A stretch of DNA of 62,500 nucleotides, the filler included, from Choristocarpus tenellus KU-1152 (taxonomy: Eukaryota; Protista; Phaeophyceae), in NCBI GenBank assembly GCA_964200185.2. It is 10 parts of 10 records of this genome, joined end to end, with 100 filler letters (N's around TTAATTAATTAA, not from the genome) between each part and the next. Parts side by side here need not be neighbours in the genome. Positions count along the whole stretch, not along the records: positions 38,603 to 44,174 come from CAXNAD020010384.1; positions 44,275 to 55,426 come from CAXNAD020002481.1; 8 more parts are not named here. One strand, written 5' to 3'. Below are positions 39,946-51,300 of the stretch, one piece after another (the stretch's first letter is position 1; every line of letters starts with the position of its first letter). A model generated the notes under the pieces. That model did no database searches. It saw nothing but the letters and a program-made list of their open reading frames with translations, and had not been told where the DNA came from. The translations under genes and the position numbers were made by a program.

Positions 39946-40017
39946 GACGCGTAGAGGGATTCGAACCCTCGACCACCACAACCCAAATGTGGTATGCTAC
40001 CACTGCACCATACGCGC
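39946..40017 (-). tRNA. tRNA-Pro(UGG), copy 2
   Basis: Same cloverleaf with D loop AGTGGTA, TTCGAAT and a G1-T72 pair, followed by an oligo-T Pol III terminator. Confidence 0.85.
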
Positions 40018-41066
40018 TACAGCAACCTGATATCAACGTGCAAATTCTTGTTTCGAAATAGACATAGTATGTTATATTATTATGCCCTCTGACATTTTGC
40101 AGATATGTCAGGGGGAAAACCAATGAAAACTGTTCACGTGTCAGTATAAGCCCATATGTTCGTACTCCTACTGTCTCTGTATGTACCAGTATCAAATATC
40201 CAACAGTAACTGCACATACAATAATATACGTACACACTAGTGTTTTAGTTCCTCCTCTCGTACAGGTTATCACATTGCGAAGGTAAAGACTATTATACTA
40301 CCTCCGTGCCAGAAGTCTGTGCTGTGTTGTCCATAACTTTTGAAGATTATGAAATTCATTTCTGAAAGAAGATTTGGAATCCTTGACGAATTTCTGGTTA
40401 GGGTTAGCTATTTTTATTATTACTACTCCCCATCCATCACAATTTTATGAGCCACAGAAAAAGTCTCCATGTCTACCTTCTTCGGCTTGTTTTCAAGCTC
40501 ACCAGACAACTGCCTCTTCCTTACCCCTGTGTGCTCCACGCTGAGGTCATTCCTCCCTTTGTTTCTAAGCACTTGATTATACACCATGAAAAGGAGCTGC
40601 CAAGCTCTCTCAAGTGTGGTTTCATCATACTCCTCATACTGTTTCTTAATGACCTTCACCATCTCCTCGACAGACCCAAACTGCTCCCCCATCACCCAGC
40701 ATTTCAAAGACCTGAACAAGTACAGGTCCATAGTATTGAGGTCGGGGGGATTAGATGGCTGCGTCACAAGCCTAATCGACCACCCCTCAGTCTTTCCCCG
40801 CCCCTGACAAGATTTCTGAGTTGCCCTTGCCCGTGTGGAGGATGGCACTCTCTTGCTGAACGACAACATGCTTCCCCTGCAACCAAGGCATCTTGGTCTT
40901 GATTGCAGGTAGTAACTCCTCCGTGTACAAATGTTCTACAGTACGGTCCTGCTCATTCACACACCCTTTTTATGGTCCTTGCTTGTCCTGTCTGCCGTTT
41001 TTGGTGCACACACACGCCAAATACCAAGCTCTCCATCAAAGCTGCGAGCCGAATCTGGGCGGGTGT

Positions 41067-41428
41067 TGTTCGTGGATAGTGCTGCTGTTGATACACTATA
41101 TATACCACCAGTGGAGGAAGGATAGAGCCAAATATATGTTTCCTTATATTTCAGTTGAGCTCTACCCAACGTTCATGTATTGTAGGGATCTGATACTAGA
41201 TTATCAGTTGATGTATCATACGTAGATAGTATTTTTTTTCTGATTATCCATGTGGATGTTGCAAATCCTACATGGTAGTCTGCACCTGTCTCGTCTCACC
41301 CCACAAGTTCAGTCCGTGCAATCGAGACCATAGCCTCTTGTAATATTCGTATTGTATATCTACACCAAGCCACTTATTGTCCTCTATCTAGGCACACTAT
41401 CGTGAGTCCAGTGTGGAATATTTCAACA
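41067..41428. mobile_element. Solo LTR (362 bp) inserted in the mariner transposase
   Basis: TGTT...AACA termini and 5-bp TSD GGTGT/GGCGT; removal restores VNA-RPD in the transposase. Confidence 0.8.
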
Positions 41429-41579
41429 GGCGTTGACTACAATGATCATGGTTTGGGGGATATGGCTCTTGCGCTGCACAGTAGAGAAATTGGAAGGTCG
41501 CTTTCATCCTCATCCGGAATACCCTAACCCTTTCCCCATCAGCCATCACGTAAAAACAGATTTCATCCACATGGATTGT

Positions 41580-41838
41580 GAGCCAAAGTATCTTAGAGGG
41601 TAAAGCCGCCTCCATTTGGGGGTCAAAATTCAATTTGGCGATTTTCATGTAATTTTGGCTATTGTGTTTGTTAGGAAGTGTAAATATCCATGTTCTGGAC
41701 ACACCGTTTCATATCATGTACATTTTACCTACTCCTAAACATTTTGGAGTAGAAAAATGTGATGAAAACCCCCAAGAGAAGCCAAGCCTCAAATGGACAA
41801 ACAGGGCAAAACTCGTACCCTCTAAGATACTTTCACTC
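41580..41838. mobile_element. MITE family 1, copy B, inside the mariner transposase
   Basis: Full TIRs and 3-bp TSD (TGT); removal restores MANT-IHVDE. Confidence 0.92.
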
Positions 41839-43663
41839 TGTGTTCGCCATGGAGGCGTACATACCACGTTTCCAGTCCACTTGACCGCAAACAAAGTCCA
41901 TTCTCCATATCTTTTGCCACGATTTAAGCTTGGGTTTGATCCAGCAGCGATTCGGCATGGCCCCCATATCATTTAACCACCTGTTTATGGTGCTCATGCT
42001 ATAATTCAGGTCCTTGCGGCCATCTTCATTGTCACCTGAAGCACTGTGGATGACCGATTATCGGAGTTGATACTATGTATTGCGACCATCTTGGTCGGTG
42101 TGACCTCCGAAGGCCGCCCACCACATGCCGCCACCCCTAGATCAAGCGTTTGGCCATGAGCGTGCTGATCGGCGACCTCCTCCCAGAGCCCTCACATGTA
42201 ATGCTCGGACACTCCAAACTCCGCTGTGAGGGCCAGCCCAATGTGTCGTGGCAGTTTATGCTCAGCAGGGACCATCGCGAGGGCGTGCTGCACTGCAAGC
42301 GCAACCCTGGTTTTCAGGGACAATTGGGCACCCTTCCTATGTGGGGGAGTCGACAGGGGGGTTGCTATGCCGATGTTCTGACCTTTGATGTGCCCAGTTC
42401 TGGGCTCAGAATCACGCCAAGAGACCTCTACTTTGACGGCTCGAAACACCTCGAGTTTGTACCTGATGATCCTCGACCCCCACCTTTTCTGAAAGCTGAG
42501 ATTGTCAAACCGATTTCATTCTGTGGGGTTATCGTCTGATTCGGCGCCGTTCTCGCTCGGTGAGCCCATATGTTTCGCGGCACAAACTTATGGCAGAGGT
42601 AGTACTACTTTTAATACTGTACTGGCTTACCCATCATTACGTCCTCGTACACCACTGATACTCTATACTACTCACCAGCTTCCGTCGAAGGAGCGCGCGG
42701 TTTCGAACACGGTCCACCACGGATTTTCTTCTCCGACAATATCTGGTTTCGATGGACCATGGCGTAAACACAACTGCTGAACAGAAAGGTGAAGGTAGAC
42801 CTTCAGCCTGTCACTAAGCCGCAAGAAATAACGTGGAAAAACTGAATTGTGCTGGCAAGACATTACCGAGCCCGGGCAAGTTCTAACCTCGACTCCTCCA
42901 TCTCCACTATCCTGCTATCCCAATGAAGGTGGTGGTGAGCAGCCATTTGACGAAGATTATCCATGCCCTCAATAGCTGGGCTGTAATACCTCTCCACGGT
43001 CGACTCCTTGACGTACTGAGAACCCTGGTGGTCAAGAACGATCTCCAGTCCAAGGTGGAGGAGACCTTTACTTTGCAGACATGACTGTTAGTACAAATTG
43101 TTGGATTGGCCCCTCAGCTTACACCCTCCACTCAACCAACTATGTCGGAGATGGACTACTTGCTCAAAATCGTTTCTTTCTACTTTCTACTTTCTACTAT
43201 GTGTGAAGTATTCATTCACCACGTCTGGGGAGGACCTGTCTGACAACTTTGTAGAAATATTGGCAAAACAAGGTATTTTACTGGGGCTCTACCACTGGGA
43301 ACGGCCTTCCACATTTGTGGAAATCCCTGTACATATTGTAGATTCTACATTGCGTGGTGCGATCTTCTCCACCTCACCGCCATACACTAACCCGAGGAAC
43401 CAACCCTAAACCTGCAAACTGGAAGCCTATACTTCAAAGTGTTTTTAGGATATATGAGGAATCAACTATCGGTACGAAACGAACCTCATATTCACAATAA
43501 TCCGATCCGTTGCAATAGAGGTCGAGGATGGCAGACAAGGCAAACACTGGTAGTGGGAAGTTAAGGGTCAAATTGGTTATCACCTGATATATTTGCTCAT
43601 AGTACTGGAAAGATCTCAGTGTAGCTACGAAGGGTAAGGAAGAGAAACCCCGGTGTAACGTAA

Positions 43664-44174
43664 GAGCCAAAGTATCTTTGAGGGTAGGGTCACGTCCATT
43701 TGGGGGCCACACAATCCAACGTTGCGATTTTGATGTATTTTTGAGTGAAAGTATCTTAGAGGGTATGAGTTTTGCCCTGTTTGTCCATTTGGCTTGGCAT
43801 CCCATGGGTTTTTTTATAACATTTTTCTACTCCAAAGTGTTTCGGAGTAGGTAAAATGTATACGTTATGAGAAGGTGTGTCCGGAACAAGGATATTGACA
43901 CTTTCTTACAAACACGATAGACAAAATTACATCAAAATTGCAACATTGGATTTTGGTCCCCAAATGGACGCATCCCTACCCTCTAAGATACTTTGGCTCT
44001 TTGTCTATCGTGTTTGTTAGGAAGTGTCAATATCCGTCTTCCGGACACACCTTTTCATGACGTATACATTTTACCTACTCCGAAACATTTTGGAGTAAGA
44101 AAATGTCATACAAAAAAACATGGGAAGCCAAGTCCCAAATGGACAAACAGGGCAAAACTCGTACCCTCTAAGAT
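43664..44174. mobile_element. MITE family 1 copy D with copy C (43743-43999) nested in the opposite orientation
   Basis: Copy C has both TIRs and a TTT duplication; its flanks rejoin into a second copy that runs into the gap. Confidence 0.9.
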
Positions 44175-45344
44175 NNNNNNNNNNNNNNNNNNNNNNNNNN
44201 NNNNNNNNNNNNNNNNNNTTAATTAATTAANNNNNNNNNNNNNNNNNNNNNNNNNNNNNNNNNNNNNNNNNNNNCCCGGTGATTCTCTTCACCACCCTTG
44301 CCTGAGTGAACCACGCCGCCACAGAATCACACGATTCACATATAGGTGGTATTTAAGTAGCAAGTAGGTTTAGGAGAGATATTTTTGATCGTTTCACCAC
44401 TTTGACAGACGTACATGTGGTATTGAATTGGCTTTGTCCCTGACATACAAGAAATATTGGAGGGCAATATGTTCAGAAAATGTTACGTACTTTACCCATC
44501 ACTCCTTCCTTCAGAAATCAGTCGAACATGAACCTGGCTACGCTATCATCTCAGGACAAACAAACACCATCAGGCTTTAACCTCCCGAACTCGTCAACAG
44601 GTGTTACTCAAATATGCCGCCAGTTCCTTCATATTCCCTCTTTATCCACCTTGTGTCGGTGTCGGCTTCCATCTGCCATCTCTGAAAACATCACAAATTG
44701 TTGTCAACAAAAAGAGGAGATTGGAGAGTCATACCTTACCATATTCTCACACTCACTCTTCAGTTCACCATCATAAACATATTGGAAGTTTTCACTTTGG
44801 AAAGATTGGTTCAGAGAACGACCCTCACAGAGAATCCACGTCATAGAAGCAAAAATATGTCAGAACTTGAAGTCCCTCAAGTTTATAGATTCGTATCCTC
44901 ATATGAAACATCAGTCTTGACATCTTTTATTTATCATTTGATGAATCTGTGAAGACAATATGATTCTACCTCGGTGTTTCTAATCTTAAGAGTTAGTAGG
45001 TTGTTATTTTTTCTTCAATTGTAACCTATCACACGAAGAGTCTGGAACGTTAAAGAAAAAGTACTTTTGGTTTTGAATTCTCCTTCTGCTCTTACTCCTT
45101 CCTTCTTTTCACTACTTGTATGACAGAGAGAGTCAGTTCAAACACCATTTATTTGTATTTGTAGTCTCTTGTTTGCATCGAGTCTCTTGTTTGCGAAGAA
45201 TTGTTGTAGCTTGAAACATGGGTGGGGTTTATCAGAGAAACTATTGTGCCAAGACAAGCTCGTGTTCCATGTTGATGATGTTGTCCCACACTAATTGACC
45301 TAATTCTGGAGGCTAACCAAGTCGAATATTGGGACTGGAAGGCA

Positions 45345-48300
45345 ATGATGGATGGAGTGGGTGAGTGATAAGCACACTAGTCTTTGAAGTCTTGTAAGTC
45401 AGAAGAGAAAGTTTCCGGGATAGAACTGGTAGTGGTACTACTCTATTATGTTCGGAAACTAGGAATCTCCATATGGGGAATATTCTATCGCTTCTCCTAT
45501 TTAACGACTTCCTTCTTCGAATGCCGTGAAGCAGTACCTTCCCCGTTGGAGGGAAGTGCTGTGGACAAGTATGCCCTGGATATTCTCTACCGTTTTACGG
45601 GTGGAACGTCGTGGCGTCACAACCAAGGGTGGGAAAGCAAGACGGATGATTTAAGTGTACGACATGGCGTGAAGGTCAACTCGGAAGGACGCGTGGTCGA
45701 ACTCGATCTGCGGAGCAACAACCTTGAGGGTAAGTGCATGAGCTGACAACTTGTAAATATTGAGTTACTTTAAGCTGTGCTTTGCAACTGGCTCTTCCAT
45801 GATGAAGAGCACACAACACATTTCTCCGCCACTTTCATCTTCCTTGTGCTGACATCTGAGAAAAAAGGGAGTACACGTTCTCAGTGGTCGTGTCTTTATC
45901 TGGACCGGATCATACCTACCATACCACTCCTTCTCATGAGATAGGAGTTATGGCCGTTTTTTATGTGGTCTTCTTGGTGATGATAGGGTTACGTGTTATG
46001 TATGAGATAGTGAACAAATTGTGTGTGTGTTGGGTGGTCATGGCAAATGTAACACAAAATGTAGTGCATGGTAGAATCTCTAGTCTGGGCCGACACATCC
46101 ATGGTGGAAAGGTGCCGATATTTCGTCCATCCTCGATCTTCTTTCCTCTCATTACTCTTCCCGATAGCGTCTCAGTTTCTACTTTGTGGGTGGTCTGGAA
46201 GACTTCTTAGCTGGCAAAGTTGTGGGTGGTAGATCCTAGGTCCTTTGAGATGAGGCAGGATAATGATACGGGTGTGCGAAAAAATCACTTGGTGTTTGTG
46301 GGGAAGGTCTGTTGTTAACCATGAAATATGTGTTTTTTAAATATGATATGAGGTAGATTCTACTTCCTGGTAGAAGCACAGTACATGCCGGTATGGTATG
46401 TCCTCCTAAATATGTTGTAAATGTTACACTCTGACTAGCTTTCGAAACCGTATTTAGGAGTATTCCTCACTACCCAAGATTGATAGAGTAACTGCGATCA
46501 ACGCTATCAAAGACAGCGACTTCTAGGTGCCAGTGGCCTCGACTTTCAATATACTCATACGGTACTTTGTTTTGGGTAGTTTGTGCAGTTGGTGAAGCAC
46601 GGTCCAACAACTTCCGTATTGTTTGCATCAAAATATCTTGTCGACACACGAGTGTGTATGATAATGATAGGTTCTAAAACCTGCTCTAGCACAGTCTCGC
46701 TAACACGATACGGTCATTGCACATAGACATCTTTGTAGCATGTAATGATTTAACATTGCATGCCCTTGTGGTATTGCACTTTACCATCCATAGTCTAATC
46801 AATCTGTTTGTCGAAAGAATAGTATGCCCTTGAAATACACAAGAACCTTGTGTTTGTCCTTTAGGCATCCGTATGGCACTGGAAGTGTGTATACCCAAGT
46901 ACCATACAGAGTGAGGTTGGGAGTATGAGCAACTGGAAAATAATCTGTGTTTATAAGAATAATTTGTCCAGTGTGTGTTTTGTGGCTGGATTTACCCTGC
47001 TTGATATAGAGAATACTTAGTGGGCAATACAAATTTGATACTGGATAATATTTTGATCCTCTCACTAACGTTACCAGTCAGTGCAAGTTGTGAGTCTATT
47101 GAATGACACTTGAGAGGTTATCTCTGTAGGTTGTAATGGAAGGAGTATTGCTTGAGGAGAGAATTTTATCATCTCAGTGTTAGCAGATTTTGTATTTGTT
47201 TCTATATAGTCCCCTTTGGAGGCCCAGCTGATGTAACATGTGGTTTGATGATATTCCCAGCTAGTTCTATACCCATAGGTGGATATGTGTAACTGTTGTC
47301 AGATACAACCCCTCATTCTCTTGTAGCCTGTTTTGTCGAACTGCTCTTCCTGATACAAATATTAACCTGCATGAAAGGCTTGTGGTGTTGGGGGATTTTT
47401 CAAGTGAGAAATATTTCGTAGGTATTGATAACATGGTTCTATTCTTGCACCAAATTTGCATTACTTTGTCATCCTTCAGGATCTCTTACTTCAGAGCAGA
47501 GTGCATCAAGCGGAGTGTTTATGATATATTTTTATTTTCATTTTTTAGTGGTATTGACCCCAGTAGTAATGAGTGTGTAGAGGTAGTTAGGCAAGTCTGG
47601 TTGTAGGTGGGTATGTCAAAATTGACCTTGATTGGAAATATGAGATAAGAACAGATGGGATAATGAAAGGAGGAAACTTTAGAAAATAGCCTAATATTTG
47701 TGGTTCAAGGACATATATTTCACTTTATTCTCCTGTCTTATGTTCTCCTTACATTTGACAATTCAGTCCACTGATGGAGTAGTAGGGTGCCTTTTAGGAA
47801 ACACCACAAGAATATTATATTTGACCATGATACATCTGTATAACCCCTTACCTGTATATTTTCAGGTCCTATTCCAGTTGAGCTTGCCAACCTCACTGAA
47901 CTACGAGTTCTTTACCTCGACAACAACCAGTTCACCGGTGAGTGTGATTTTTTCTTACTTTACTCCTGTTGGTAGAGAAAGTGGTGTGTGGGGAATAGAA
48001 ATTCGGTATTGAACAGTAGTTTGACCTTGTGGTTATTAACATTCTGAGCACTGTGTGGTGAGTCTATCCAATATCACCTCTTCTGTAATACATGTGAGTT
48101 ATCAATTATTGTTTGCAACTAGTGTGGTATAACCACTTGTACCCTGTGTTGTCGTATCAGCCTGTTTGTTCAAAATAATGTTTCCCATGCAATAGGTGTG
48201 GCGTTGGAGGGGTTTGGACTCAGAAAATATGAGCAAGGATGAGCAGAGTGATTTTATACATTCCAGTAGAGACTTGTCTAAATTGAAGACCCTTCCTAAT

Positions 48301-51300
48301 GGTTTAAACCAAAGGGGAGAACCGTAATATACATATTCACATTTTTTATTATATAATATCGCCTTTTGTTGTTGTACCGGTTGATTTTTTATTTATAATG
48401 TAAAATATATAAATGTATGAAAATTGTCACAAACCTATCACCTTATAATAATATATCATTCTCCTTGTCCTACAAACCTCCAACAATATGCTGGACCTAC
48501 CTTGAAATGAATATCTTTGTTCAAATTAAATTTAATCGGGTGCTCCATCCTCTCAATCCTGATCCTTCGATGAAGCAGCATAATATGTGTGTGCTTACTG
48601 TAAAAGAAATACAAGGGAATTGTTGAAGACTGATGTCAAGAAGTCAGTTTTACTCACATCTTACCCGTTTGCTTGTTACACCATCCATTTATATTGTGAT
48701 AATAAAATAATAATAACAGGGAGCAAAGATGTTTTTAGTCTAATACACAAACCGATTTAGCCAGCAATGTAATAAATTAAAAAACAACCCCACAATTCCC
48801 CCCCTCCCAATCTTCCCCACCTCCCTCTCTCGTTTGTGAGTGTGTTCTTTCTGTTGATCTCCATTTTTATATTTTTATTCACCATTCATTTGTTCCTTAT
48901 CTGGAAGTTGATACTGTTTGAATTTGCGTTCTTTCTATTACCAAGCTGGCGACCTGTTCTCTCCAGACTCTGGGATCTCCACACTGAATTTCTGTCCTAC
49001 GCCTACATGAAAATAAATGTTTTTGTTTTTATTGAATGTATCTTAGATTTTATTTTTCCTTTCTGATTCATGAGTGAAAGTATCTTAGAGGGTACGAGCT
49101 ATGCCCCTTTTCTTTTGTCCATTTAGGGCTTGGTTTCCCTTGTTTTTTTTAATGAATTTTTCCTACTCCAAGTGTATATGTTATGAAAAGGTGTGTCTTA
49201 AACAAGGATATATTGACATTTCCTAACAAACACGATAGAGTTACAAACTTCCACCGAAATCACAACATTGGATTTTGTCCCCCCAAATGGACGCGGCTCT
49301 ACCCTCTAAGATAATTTTATTTTTCTCACTGAAAATTTCACTCGTTGTTGTTGTTTGTGATTTTGCAGGGAAGATGCTTGAGGGTAAGGCGTTGGATCAA
49401 TGGAGGGACCAGCTTAAGAGGTCACTCTTGAATAGTTGCTTGGAGGTATATGCTGAAGTTGAGAGACTCATGGATAGTTGCAGATCAACTAACGTGAAAA
49501 ACTCTGTGGAGAAGATGACCACATTGATGGATGGAGTTTCTGGATTGGAAATAGATAACGATGTGAGTGAAAATCCTTGCTGTTGATTTCACGCATCAAA
49601 TGTTACATACATGTAATGCGTGATGCCTATGTGGGTTATTTGTTGAAGAGTAGACTGAGGTATGATGGTACCATGGTGTTGTTTGTGATGGAGAAAGGTA
49701 GATCATTGCAAATATTGGCACAGAATTATTTTTAATGTTATTTTTTCTGAGATCACGTAAAGTTTTTAGGTTTCATTACTCACACTTTGGTATAGTGTGT
49801 TGGACCATTTTGTTTGGTGATTCCTTCCTCAGATACCTTGTTGATCTGATGGGGGATTGTTGATGTAACGGTTTGGTATTGAGATGGATCTTCACTTGAA
49901 AATATTTAAGTCATCTTGTGTGTATCCCTGGGTTTTTTTTGTGAGGGTTGTTGGTATGTTCTTCCAATCCAACTTTTATCATCCATACCTGAAGCAGTTC
50001 TGTTGCCTTGGGTAGACCAATGGTCCTTTCATGAATGAATACAAAGTTATTTGTAGGAGCCCCACTATTTTGTCATGTTTAAATGATCTTGTAGCCAGAG
50101 GCTGCTTTGAGTCAGACCAGACTGTTGGAATAAGGTTGGTTGAGTAAGTAAAGCCTGCTGGTACTTGATTTATTATAAGCAAAAGTAGTCTGTGATGGAA
50201 GGTAAGAAAGAAGCAAATGTAAATACCTGTTTTTTCAATGGGTTTGGTTGATATGGATACATCAAACCGAATAAATTAACTCTTCACTGGTTACAGCCCA
50301 CAACTGTTTACAATACTCTAACCAGCGGTTGTCAATTACGTGCTTTGAATAATCAACCTTCTCCTTTGAAAAATGTTTTCTTTGTCTTTTGTCATACAGA
50401 CTAGGGAAACTTCCTTCTCGATGAAGAAGCTAACAGACCTGAAGCATCACCTCAACATGTTGCTTGAGGTGAGTTTTCTTGGGTTTTGATGGCAGGATCA
50501 TTGCTAGAGGTCTCTTTTAGTCTAAACACAGTTACTGTAAAGCTAACTCTACGTAATGTTGTCAGGGTTTTGACGACATTGTCTACCATCTATATGACAC
50601 CAACACTTTTGTGACTGTTTGATATCACTATTGAACCAACCCTGTCCCTCCCCCTTACTCTCCACTTCAAATGGGATTGATATGATTGATGTTCAGCTCC
50701 TACCTACCGGATGAGTTCGTTACCTGCTTTGTTTGGCATTTTTTTTGTTAGTTTGAATTGTATGCAGAAAAATATTCCTAAATTTATATCCCTCGCTTAG
50801 GAAACCCATAACATTTTCTACAGGGTTACACAACAAGTATTTATTTGATGTTTTTGGATATCTGTATCATTTATTGTAGAAAAGATTTTGGTCATATGCA
50901 GTTCATGATGGTTAGGACTTACAAAAATCTCAGTTGGGATTGCAACCATACTCTGGTTCTATGATGTGTTGAGGGTGCACATTTTGGGGGGGGCTCTCTC
51001 TAGACCTGTTACTGGATATGTCCTAAAAGATGGTTGTAGATTTGCATCATGAACAGAGCACATAAATTCAAGGTTTGTTGTCAATACTATATTGAAGCAC
51101 TTCTTTGGGATAGGTGCAGGCCAGGACCTCGTCTGTCTTGAAACTTCATTGAGGTACCTCTTCCATGTTTTTTATTGGAAGGGTGTTGTAGAAAGTTATT
51201 TTTTTTTAGGGTTGATTTATTTTGGTCGTGTAATCTTGACATTTTTTTAGAAGGTTTAATGTAATACTAGCACTACTGAGTAGTACATAATTTACTAGGG

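Larger units (their letters stand above)
39357..40065. repeat. Tandem duplication containing the tRNA-Pro genes and (GGAT)n
   Basis: Flanks duplicated (TTCGTATTCCTACC at 39357 and 39675; partial third at about 40159); tRNAs are 402 bp apart. Confidence 0.85.
40298..42602 (-). mobile_element. Complete but dead Tc1/mariner transposon of the plant-like (DD39D/Stowaway-associated) clade
   Basis: TA-flanked TIRs CTACCTCCGTGCCAGAAGTCTGTGC (40298) and GCACAAACTTATGGCA--GAGGTAG (ends 42602). Transposase motifs IHVDEICFY, RKSHIP, RPD...FDGELGIW and QPSNPPDLNTMDLYLFRSLK. Confidence 0.92.

Noticed and set aside
42150-42539. 129-aa plus-strand ORF as a gene
   Set aside because: Antisense to the mariner transposase N-terminus.
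42700-43660. Host gene in coding-like sequence
   Set aside because: Multiple stops and no splice-consistent model; probably a decayed retroelement, but I could not assign it.
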